Below are positions 48,206 to 59,483 of a DNA stretch of 64,000 bases, piece after piece (position 1 is the stretch's first letter; every line of letters starts with the position of its first letter). The DNA comes from Phyllobates terribilis (lineage: Eukaryota), in contig NW_027362771.1 of NCBI RefSeq assembly GCF_046119375.1, forward strand, positions 623,720,001-623,784,000, in the 5' to 3' direction. The notes beneath the pieces were generated by a model that saw only the letters and a list, made by a program, of their open reading frames with translations, ran no database searches and was not told the origin of the DNA. The position numbers were made by a program, and so were the translations under genes.

Positions 48206-51200
48206 CATTCACCGTGGATTGAGACCACGGATTGAGACAGCGGTGACGGTGTGCAGGCGGGCAGTGACGGCGAGCGGTGACGGCGTGCGGTGCAGTGCGG
48301 CCCGTGGGCCACTGTTATCAGCCCTTCGGCTGTCTCGGTCCGCGGGCCGGACTGGAACAGCCAGAGGGCCAGATGTGGCCCGCGGGCCGCACGTTGCCCA
48401 GCTCTGGTTTAGGCGCATGGCAGGACTCAGAAAGAAAGGAGCACCATTTGACTTTTGGAATGCATAATTGGCTGGAATCGATAGACACCATGTTGCATTT
48501 GGAGGGCCCCTGCAGTGCCTAAATAGTGGAAATCCCCCACAAGTGACCCTATTTTGAAAACTAGACCCCTCAAGGAAGTTATCTAGATGTATGATGAGCA
48601 CCTTGAACCCTCAGGGGCTTCACAGAATTTTATCGTGTTGAGCAGTGAAAATAAAAAATCGCATTTTTTCCCACAAAAATGTTGTTTCAGCCCCAATTTT
48701 TTTTATTTTCACAAGGGTAATAGGAAGACATGGAACCCACAATTTGTTGCGCAATTTCTCCTGAGTACGACGATACCCCATATGTGGTGGAAAAGTACTG
48801 CTTGGGCGCACGGCAGGGCTCGGAAGGGAAGGAGCGCTATTTTGGCTGGAATAGGTTGCGGACATCATGTCACATTTGAAGAGCCCCTGACATGTCAAAA
48901 CAGCAAAAATAAACAAAAGTGTCCCCATTTTGTAAACTACATCTCAAGAAATTCATCTAGGGGAGTAATGAGTACTTTTAACCCTCAGGTGATTCGCAAA
49001 CTTGAATAACATTGAGCTAAGTAAATGAAATATTACTATTTTTTCCTCTAAAATGTTGCTTTGACCTCAATTTGCAAGTTGCAATTTTCAAAAAGGGTAA
49101 TAAGAGAAAACTAACTACAATTTCTCCTTAGTACATCAATACCCCATAAGTAGAAAACTGCTTTTGATTCATAGTGCAAAGCTCAGAAGGGAAGGAGCGC
49201 AATATTGGAGTTCAGATTTTGCTGGAATGGTTTCAGGGTGTCACCAGAGGTCCCAGAACAGCAGAAACCCCCCATAAGTGACACCATTTTACAAACTACA
49301 CATCTCAATGAATTCAAATAGGGGTGCAGTGATCATATTGACACCACATGTGACTCACAAAAATTTATACCATTGGGCAGTGAAGAAAAAATAATTACAT
49401 TTTTAACACAAAAAAATTGTTTTAGCCCCAGCTTTTACATTTTCACAAGGGGTAATGGGTAAAAATGGTGCCAAAATGTGTCACACAATTTCTGATGAGT
49501 GTGGCAATACTCCATATGTGGCTGTACAGTATTGCTTAGCCACACAGAGAGACTCGGGAGGGATAGAGATCTATTTGCCTCCTAGCACGCAGATTTTCCT
49601 AGAATAGTTTGCAGACTCCATATACAGTTCCCCTACATGCAATAAGAGCAGAATCCACCCTCAAGTGACCCCATTTTGGAAATTATACCCCTTTGGGAAT
49701 TTATCTACAGGTGTAGTGACGATTTTGACTCAATGAGTGATTTCCAGAAACAAGCAGCAGTGGATGTTGCCGAGTGAAAACTCCAAACTTCCGTTGTAGT
49801 GACCAGTACGTTGTAGTTACCAGTACATTATAGTGACCTGTAAGTTATACTGACCAGTACGTTATGCCCAGTTCATGCTTATGGAGACATGCACCCATAA
49901 ATTAAGAGGGCTCTCATCGCTACAGGAATGCCAAACATGTGTACGCTAAGTGTGGTTTAGACACACTGGGGCTCAGAAAGGAGGGGCGGCATTTGGATTT
50001 GGGAGTGCAGAAATTTGTTGGATTTCTTTTTGGGGGCAAGGAGCCATAGCGCTTTTCCAGAGTCTTTGTACTACCAGTAACATGGAAGCCCCCTATATTT
50101 CCGAGTTTTTTTGTGGATTGAGTTGAAGTTTTTGTTAGAAATATTTTACATAACATTTTGGATCACATTTATCCTGCGTTCTACGTCTACACTGAGCTCT
50201 TACATCGGGGTTTCCATCTAAATCTCAGAGTGACTTGATTCAGATGAAACCCCTGAGGGATCCATTGATTATTGTTATGATCTGCTACAAGAACTAAGGA
50301 AAGATAGGAAAACTGTCCCTACAATAGGACTAAGCTGATTCCCTACGATGCAGCGGGCAACCTGTTCCTTGTGAACAGACCCGCCTTCGTCCTCAGCTAG
50401 TCTGAACGCAGACCTATAGATATAAGGGAGGGGTCCCTAAAAGTACTAAGGCCTGGGACAAAATTGGACACCTCCTTGCAGAAGTTGTAGCGGAGCAAAA
50501 AGACAAACAGACAAAAATACTTAGAGGTCCAAGGACCACGCAAACTATAGAGATAGGTACAAAGCACCTGGCTAGATTAAGAGTCAAAGTAACACTGAAG
50601 TCCAACAAAGCCAGAAGGGCGGAGCTGGAATAAATAGGCAGCAGGTCACGTGACCACAAAATAGAAAAAAAACTAACAGGAGGGTTCTAACAATTATAAT
50701 GAGGCAGCAAAGTTACTCTGGACTCAGTCTTCCCTCTGTTCAGCGGTATCCTTCCTATCAGAAGTGCACAAAACTGTGGGAGACGGCACTTTTATGCAAG
50801 CCTAAAAAGATGGACACTGCCAGATCACAGGTCAGAAGGCATCCACAGTGCCTCCATCTGCCTCATTATAGGGAATCTTCCGCCGGTTGTTCTGTCTGAA
50901 TCACATATTTCAGAAGTTTACATGGAGACCCCGATGTATGCGCTGAGCGCAGAGAAAATTTGCGCCAAGACTTACTGTGATCTTTGGGAGGCAGAATGAA
51001 CAAATCAACAGCAGGTGAAGAATTGGTTTTATTTATTTTTTTACACCTTTCTTAATGTGGTATAAGTGATTAGACAACTTTATTCTTAGAGTCGCTGCAA
51101 TTACAGCAATACAAGATTTATATTGTTTTTATGTTTGGTAGCTGTCAAACACTAATAGACGCTTTTTTTTTTACTAAAACAATTTTTTGCGTCTCCATAT

Positions 51201-52109
51201 TTTGAGAGTTATACTTTTTCCATATTTCGGCCGATAGAGTCATATGAGGGCTTGTTTTTTGCGGGACGGGTTGACGGTTTTATTAGTGCCATTTTAGGTC
51301 ACATGACAGTTTTTGATCGCTTTCTATTCAGATTCTTGGGCGGCAGAATGAACAAAAAACAGAAATTGAGGAATTTATTTTTTATTTTTTATGCCGTTCC
51401 GTGTGTGTGATCAAATTGATAAGGCAGCTTTAGTCTTTGGGTCAGTACGATTACAGTGATACCACATTTATATAATTTTTTTATGTTTTGTCGCTTTTAC
51501 AGAATAAAAAAATATTTTATAGAAAAAAGAATTGTTTTTGCATCGCTTTGTTCTGAGAGCTATAAAACTTTTTTACTTTTCTACTGACGGAGCTATATGG
51601 ATGGGTTTTTTTTACGGGGCAAGATGACATTTTCAGCAATATAATTTTTATTTCCATTTGACTTTTTGATTGCATTTTATTCTACTTTTTGTATGGTGGT
51701 ATGATGAAAAAGCATTTTTTGCTCCGTTTTTAATTTATTTTTTTACAGTGTGCACAGAAGGGGTTTAACTAGTGTGAAAGTTTTATAGATCGGGTTTTTC
51801 TGGATGCAGTGATACCAAATATGTGTACTTTTTGTTTTTATATAAATATAAGTATTTATTGGTTTAATATTTTCTCTTTTTTTATTTTGTGATTTTTTTT
51901 TGCTTTAAAACATTTTAACTTTTTTTTTTACTTTTTTTTTTTTACTTAGTCCCTGTATGAGATTTCAGTTTTTATTTTTCTGATCACTGGTCTCATGCAA
52001 TGCAATACGCAAGTATTGCATTGCATGAGACCTGTCGGTTTTACACTGCAAGATCTCCTATTAGACTAAGCTGCTGGCTGCCACCGTAGCTGGCAGACCC
52101 GGAAATCAT

Positions 52110-54885
52110 CATCCGCTCAACCTGGAGCCAGGGAAGGTCGTGTGCGATAATGGTGCGAACCTGTTGGCGGCCCTACACCGAGGTGAACTCACACACGTGC
52201 CTTGCATGGCTCACGTCCTCAACCTGGTGGTACAGTGATTTCTCCGCCACTATCCCAGCCTGGGTGAGCTGCTTCAGAAAGCACGGAAACTGTGTGTTCA
52301 CTTCCGTCGTTCGCATCCCTCAGGTCATCGACTTGCATCGATACAGAGGTCTTTCTCCATGCCAGTTAACAGGTTGATATGCGATGTGCCAACGCGGTGG
52401 AATTTCACTCTGCACATGTTGCAGTGACTGTGGCAGCAGCAAAGAGCTCTGACGCAGTATGTCAAGTTGTATAGCCAAAGCCAATGCAGTATGGACATGA
52501 GGCATATCATGTTTACGGAGTGGGAACAGATTAAGGACCTCTGCACCCTTCTGCACAGTTTTGAAATGGCTAATAAACTAGTTAGCGCTGACAATGCCGT
52601 CATCAGCATCACTATTCCGGTCATCTACATGCAGGAGAAGACTTTGAATAACGTGCGGCAGGAGGTGGTTGTCCCAGAAGAAGAGGAGGATGCGGAAGGG
52701 ATAAGAATGTCTCAAAGTTGCAGACTGTCATCACACAGGCGGATGCCAAGTGACGGTGGCTTCCTGCGATCGAGGGGGTTTGGTGATACCAGACATACTG
52801 TTCATGAAGGTGCAAGAGCCGAGGAACAAATGGAGGAGGAAGAGGGGATGGGCTAGCAATAGTCAGAAGACGCAGAGGATAATCCCCTCTCTGTTGAACG
52901 TGGTTGGCAGGAGGGGACGGAGGAAACATGCATCAGTGTTACGCGGCCAACAATAGAGTCTGGCTTTAGACCACCTGGAAGAGCCCAACATATGAGTGCC
53001 TTCTTGCTGCAATTTCTGCAACATGATCCCCATATAGTTAGGATTTGAAATAATGCTGACTACTGGGTTGCCACTCTGTTAGATCCACGTTACATGAGTA
53101 AATTTTGCCAGATGCTTCCCGCTTATGTTGGAGTATCGAAACAAGCTATTAAGCAACCTCAATAGAGATTTTCCCCAAGATAGGAGTGAGGCACACAGTG
53201 TGCCTCACAGCTGTAGTCTTTCAACCTCCGGCACATCAGTTAGTCAACGCCAAAACATTAGCAGCAGCAGCAAAGTAAGTGGCAGAAGCAATTTCTGTGA
53301 GTCCTTTAACACATTTTTAGACCAGCTTGTGCACCAGCACAACAGAGTACAAGTCTGACATGTGGAGAACGACTGGAGAGGATGGTGGAGGACTATCTAG
53401 AGCTCAATACGAATACAATCAGTGAGGATTTTGACCCTTTTACATATTGGTCTTCAAAAATGGATGAATGGCCTGAGCTCGCCTGTCACGCCTTGGAGGT
53501 TTTATCATGCCCGGCAGCCAGCGTTCTCTCAGAACGTGTGTTCAGTGCTGCTGGTGGTGTTGTGGCGCCCCTGAGGGTTCAGTCGCCACAGAGGTACTGC
53601 ACCTCACCCAGAGGTGTGGTGCCTCCTTCTCTCAGGTAAGGAGGGAGTGCTGCCCAGAACCCCAACACCTGCATCCAACACTACACTGCCCCAGGCCGGC
53701 TGGAAGGGCAAGATGCACTGTGTTCTGCTGAGCCCTGTCCCTGGCTGGAGTGGGGAGAACCAAAGAGAGGGGGAACCAGTAGTGGGTGTGGGTGGAAGAT
53801 GTAGAGTAGGGGAGCACCATAATAGGAGGTATATAAAGGGAAGCCATCTTACGGTGGCAGTACAGAAGAGTAGAACAGTCAGTGAGTAGTAAGGAGAGGA
53901 GGGGAGCAGAGTCTCGTCAGGAACTCTGCTCCACAAGTGGGGCCTAGTGATAGAGGCCCAGGAGGGGAGCAGAGAAGAAAGGCTCCATTTTACAGAAGGG
54001 ATCCCAGGGGTTACGGTGAGTGCAGGATGGCACCCGTACTCCCCGAATCTGCCAGGTGTCAGAGGGATCAGGCCGCAAGATGGGACCGGTCCCTGGCCCA
54101 GCTGTGTTACTCCAGGTCTCGGCTGGAAAAACCGGAGGCTTCTGCACTTCCATGGTGCAGTCGCCACAGTCTCATCCTAGTCACCGTAAGGGCCAAATAG
54201 GTCCGGGAACTCCAGGTTGCCCAGAGGGACTTCAGAGCACCCGATCGGTACTGAGTGTGGGGAAGCGCAGGGCAGGAGGGAGAAGACCCAGAGTGAGAAG
54301 TCGGTCTAGTAAGGAACATAAAGAACGCGGGGTTCCGTCAAGCACTCCTGATATGTCTGAGAAAGTGCTGAACCCCTGGTCTGGTACAGTGTACCTGAGA
54401 ACCTTGAACAAGAACTGTGAGTAAAACTCGGATGACTGCACTCCACTGCCTCCGTCAGTTATTTCAGTAGCGCCATCCCGACTTCACTACAAGCCCCAGC
54501 ATCACCACCCACCATCAAACTCTACACTGCCCTGAGGACCGCTCCACCTGTGGGGAGCTGTTCCATCCTAGCTGCCCTATCAACTGCCTCAGAGGTCTGC
54601 AGCTGTGCTGGTACAAATTACCAGAAACCACAGGTGGCTTCACGATCAAACTACAAATCCCATATAAACTATCCCCTTTTTGTTGACCGCCCTGGGCCAC
54701 GGACCGGGCCAGCCACTGTGACATATTCCCCACCCAGCATCCATAGGCCCGGACACCGAGTACCCCACTGCCCTGGGGGGGTGTCAGTGTCCTGACGGAT
54801 AAACGCATCCAGCTGTCCCATGAAAGTGTTGACAGCCTAACTTTCATCAAGATGAACAAGTCATGGATCTCAAAGGACTTTTGCA
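52110..54885 (+). pseudogene. 5'-truncated, frameshifted hAT transposase split by a solo LTR
   Basis: CMAHVLNL, CDVPTRWN and WPELACHALEVLSCPAASVLSERVFSAAGGV|LTDKRI..LTFIKMNKSW; the frame is restored by removing 53561-54786 plus one TSD copy. Confidence 0.9.
53561..54786 (+). mobile_element. Solo LTR (1226 bp), a more distant relative of the CSD-element LTR
   Basis: TGTGGCGCCCC...GGGGGGTGTCA; 4-bp TSD GTGT; TATAAA at ~53832; GTGAGTAAAA at ~54417. Confidence 0.9.
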
Positions 54886-55226
54886 CCCCAATTGCACACT
54901 GTACAGAGTAGGCGGTGTTGTAGTTTTTAGTGTGCTGCATTGATCTTGCAGAATTGCAGTCTGTGATATGGCTTCTGTGCCTACTCTTGCAGCTGCTGCA
55001 GGTTTTAGGCCCTAATTTTTGGAAATGTGGGGAATCCTGATTGGGTCTCCATCTATTGGTCTGGCTGTAGTGGAAAAGGTGTCGGTCCCCATTATACTAC
55101 TTATACTCTAGTGAAATTGCTGCCACTTTGGTGGCTATATGTGAGGGTATATATGGGGGTGCAATCTATATATGGGTGCACATATGGGGATGCAGCCTGT
55201 ATCTGGAGGTACATAAAAAAAAAAAC

Positions 55227-56160
55227 ATCTTCAGTACCCCATATAGCTGCCAATTTCAGGAAATAAAAAATATTGTAAACAGATATGTCCCTGTATTATT
55301 TCAAGATCGAGACTTAAACAAAATCCTGGAAAATGGATTAGTATATGTGCCGAGAAAAGGGAGATCGATAGGTGCTACTCTTTCCCCAAGTCTATACATG
55401 CCACACAAAAAAGTGATAAAAAAATCTGGCTCAGTTGTAAAGGTTTTTTTAAATGTGCATGTCCCAAATGAACGATGTGCCAGTATACATTGCAAACTCA
55501 GAAAATTGATGCAGCCAATGATATAAAAAGATTTATTAATTGCAATACTAATTATGTTGTGTATGGCATATTTTGCAAAGAATGTAAAATTAAATACATT
55601 GGCTGCACAATACGCAAATTAAAGAAAAGGATGGCAGAACACGTCACCAACATCAAAAATAAAAGCGCCTCCTATTCAGGAGCATGCGAGCATTTTGTAG
55701 AGAGACATAAAGGGGAATTAAATAATTTTTCATTCTATGGGTTAGAAAAGGTGGATATTCCTATTAGAGGAGGGGATTGGAGGAAAAAACTCCTCCTAAG
55801 AGAGTTATTTTGGATTATCAAACTGGATACAAAATACCCCAATGGCATGAATTATAGGAATGATACCCTTTATCTATATTATTCTCAGAGAATTGAATGT
55901 TGTTGTTTTTTTTCTCTCTTTCTTTTTCTCTGGCTTTCTTGGATTTAGCCTTGTGATTATGCTGATTATTCTCAATTGTGATTGATTGGTACCATATGTG
56001 TTTATTGATCAACGGTTGGTCACCATTTGTTTTTATACCATGTATCATAAGGAATCTGTATCTCAGAGAATAAGGGCTTTTGCCAGAAACGCGTTGAGAT
56101 GTGTCCCCAACCTGTATGATCATTTAATTATTTTTCAATAAATTGAGGATTTTAATTATT
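55227..56160 (+). mobile_element. Penelope-like element 3' fragment with GIY-YIG endonuclease
   Basis: NCNTNYVVYGIFCKECKIKYIGCTIRKLKKRMAEH..RELFWIIKLDTKYPNGMN; upstream FSTPYS..IKNIVNRY; GAAACGCGT motif at ~56086. Confidence 0.85.
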
Positions 56161-56279
56161 CTTGGGACTCACCATAATTATTTTTCTTATGTGAAGCCTT
56201 TAGTCACGGCTATTGGTTGGAGACCCACAGCATTGCAAAACGGACGGAGTCACACAAATAGGACACGGTGAGGCTGCTT

Positions 56280-57290
56280 TTTTTGTTTATTTATCTGGAG
56301 GTACATATGGGGATGCAGGCTATATGTGGGGGTACAGGCTATATGTGGGGGTACATGTGGGGGTACATGTGGGGGTACATGACGGGGTGCAGACTATATG
56401 TGAGAGTGCAGGCTATATGTGGGGGTACATATGGGGATGCAGGCTGTATCTGGAGGTACATGTGGGGGGTGCAGGCTATATGTGGGAGTGCAGGCTATAT
56501 GTGAGAGTGCAGGCTATATGGGGGTGTACATATGGGGATGCAGGCTGTATCTGGAGGTACATGTGGGGGGTGCAGGCTATATGTGGGAGTGCAGGCTATA
56601 TGTGAGAGTGCAGGCTATATGGGGGTGTACATATGGGGATGCAGGCTGTATCTAGAGGTACATGTGGGGGTGCAGGCTATATGTGGGGGTACATATGGGG
56701 AAAGGCTTTATGTAGGGGTACATATGGAGGTGTGCAGGCTACATGTATTGGTACATATGGGGGGTGCAGGCTACATGTGGTGGTACATATGGGGGTGTGC
56801 AAGCTATATGTTGGGGTACATATAGAGGTGCAGGCTATATATGGGGGTACATATGGGGGTGCAGGCTATATGTGGGGGTACATATGGGGAAAGGCTTTAT
56901 GTAGGGGTACATACGGGGTTGTGCAGGCTACATGTATTGGTACATATGGGGGTGCAGGCTACATGTGGTGGTACATATGGGGGTGTGCAAGCTATATGTT
57001 GGGTTACATACTGTATAGAGGTGCAGGCTATATGTGGGAGTACATATGGGGGTTGTACAGACTATATGTGGGGGTACATATGGGGGTGCAGGCAGTATAT
57101 GTGAGGGTTACATGGGGGTGCAAGCAGTATATGGGGGTGCTTAGCCATGCAGGTTGTATGTGCATGGCATGAGGTGCGGACTGTATATGGGGTTGCAGGC
57201 TGTATGTGTGCGGTACATGATGTGCGGACTGTATATGGGGGTGCATGCTGTATGTGTGCGGTACATGGGGTGCAGACTGTATGTGATAGA
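56280..57290. repeat. GT-rich minisatellite (GCAGGCTATATGTGGGGGTACAT variants)
   Basis: Irregular 18-30-bp units; related sequence at 55130-55215. Confidence 0.88.
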
Positions 57291-57398
57291 ACGGCACAAA
57301 GGAGGGGAAGGTAAGCAATCCTTAGTGGAGCTGAAGATACAAGGAATATTTACTGTAGACAGCAAGAGGCAGTGGTATTTATTGCCACAGTATGGAGG

Positions 57399-59280
57399 GA
57401 CAGGATCAGTACTTTTTCTAATGCAGCCGGTACTAAAATTTATGATATAAAATGTCGTATTACATGTACCTCACGTTTTGTTATCTACTACGCCACCTGC
57501 CCTTGTGGGCTCATTTATGTTGGCCTAACAACGCGCCAACTTAAAGTTAGAATAAGAGAACATATATTGGGGATCGTGGCGGCAATCGACTGCATGGATC
57601 CCTCCACACTCAGGACCATACCCAAACATTTTAAATTGCATCATGACTGTGACAGTTCCCTCCTGAGGGTTCGGGGGATAGACGCGTTGAGAATGGGTAT
57701 TCGTGGAGGTAGACAGAGCCAACGCTTGGCTCAGCTCGAATCTAGATGGATTTGGCGACTAAATACCGTACATCCCAATGGACTTAATGAGAATCTCAGC
57801 TTCGCTCCTTTTCTTTAGATTCCTCCCCTGTCACATATCTCTGTTGTGGTTTTTATGATTTTAATCTATTTTTTTATTTTCAGTGTGTTTCACCATCCGT
57901 TTGCACCTTACTTCCTCCGACGAGTTATATGTATATTATGGCTGATACCATATGGACCAATATGTGAATATGAATACATTGAATAATCCATCTCATCTGG
58001 GAACAACTACTGCGGTGTATATATATATACTGTGGATTTTTTTGTCTTGTGCTATATGATCTTTATATACCCTGTTGTTTTGATAGAATCTGGATCAGGG
58101 AAGTTCGCTAAGCCCACACTATACATGATTCTTTGTGAACTTGGGATGATATATGTGATGTTATCTCTATTTTTTAAAATCTCACTTAGTATATATTACT
58201 GGTGTGACAATATGGCCCCTACACATTTACTTATATACTTATGGGATTGCAAATGATCTATACTAGCCCTCTGTATGATGGGATATATATAATTGATGTA
58301 ATGATGTATTATTTGATTGTCATAATGTTAAGTTGCTGGACTGTGACATAGTGTTACTATATGATACATCCATATACTGAAGTGGTGGCAGTGGGAAAGA
58401 AAAAATATACTATATTGCGCAAGAATAGTATATATCTTCCGGTATGTTCCCCAATTATGTGAATCTAATAGGACCTGACGCGCGAGCGTCGCCGCTTTCT
58501 GAGTGCCCCGTGCCACCTGGCGTCTTTATGCAAGGACCTGCATCACATGGGTCCATGTGACCATCATGTGATTCCTTGCATGACGCCCGCGTCACTGGTT
58601 GCTTAGCAGCGGGGACGCTACGCGCGTCACTACGGGTCCACCCCCTCCATCTGATTGGCCAGCATGGTATTTAAGTCCATACTCCTCCGGAGGAAGTTGA
58701 CGCCCCCTGAAGAAGGCAAACGCCGAAACGTGCGTTGGGGTGGGCGAGCGGTCCACGTGGGGGAGCCCCGACATTACAGCTTGTAGCCCAGGTAACCTTT
58801 TTGATATTATGCAGTATTTGCCTTTATTCAACTCTACACCTACCTATTTTCATACTGTGCATCTGATATGATGAAAAGCACAGTCTAGTAGTCCACATAT
58901 GGCATTCAGATAGTACTGATTATGAGTCCCTCCTGAGGAAATCTTCAAGTACTCTAATACTGCTTGTGACATGCATTACTATATGGATATTATTATGGGT
59001 ATTTCTCTGTGGCTATCCGATAGTCCTCCTTATTGACATTACAAATGAAGGACTAGATATATATATGTTTTTGCTGTGGTGCTGAGGCCCCCCCTTCGTT
59101 ATTTGTGGACCACATCGTCCCTTCAGTGAGACGGTTTTTTCCACATGTTATATGTCTTTTCGTATTTCTATACTGTGCCCTATATTGACTATGTAGTAAC
59201 TTTTTATACTATTTATGAATAAAAGTTAATTTTTATTACAACTTTGGGTTGATATGGTCGTATTCTTTCTCTTCAAGTAT
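57399..59280 (+). mobile_element. Second Penelope-like 3' fragment (GIY-YIG plus pseudo-LTR)
   Basis: TCTSRFVIYYATCPCGLIYVGLTTRQLKVRIREH..LESRWIWRLNTVHPNGLNE; downstream hammerhead-like motif; 3' boundary approximate. Confidence 0.82.
58703..58740 (+). ncRNA. Minimal type-I hammerhead ribozyme-like motif
   Basis: CCCC-CTGAAGA-A-GGC(AAAC)GCC-GAAA-CG(TG)CG-TT-GGGG: core boxes, stems I-III and a GUU cleavage triplet. Confidence 0.7.
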
Positions 59281-59483
59281 TTAACAGTATGGAGGGAGCA
59301 TAGTGTGGGAGGGATACTGAAGATTGGACAGTTTGAAGGCTGTAGTTTATAACGCAGGTACAGTGTGGAGGGCAGACAGTGTATCGGCCATAGTTGTTAA
59401 GGGACAATGGTTTGACAGTTATTGTTCATAAGGAAGGACAGTGTGGCGGCCATAGTTCATGGGGGAGGGATGGGGTGGAATTA

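Larger units (their letters stand above)
41875..48406. mobile_element. Non-autonomous hAT element carrying a minisatellite and the nested LTR element
   Basis: TIRs CAGGGGTGGGCAA / TTGCCCAGCTCTG; perfect 8-bp TSD GTTTAGGC at 41867-41874 and 48407-48414. Confidence 0.9.
41128..52080 (+). repeat. Unclassified large interspersed repeat with ~0.4-kb internal subrepeats; host of the hAT MITE and the LTR element
   Basis: Sequence is continuous across the 41875-48406 insertion (..AAAACTACTGTTTAGGC|GCATGGCAGG..), matching the intact subrepeat at ~48790-48840. Boundaries approximate. Confidence 0.6.
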
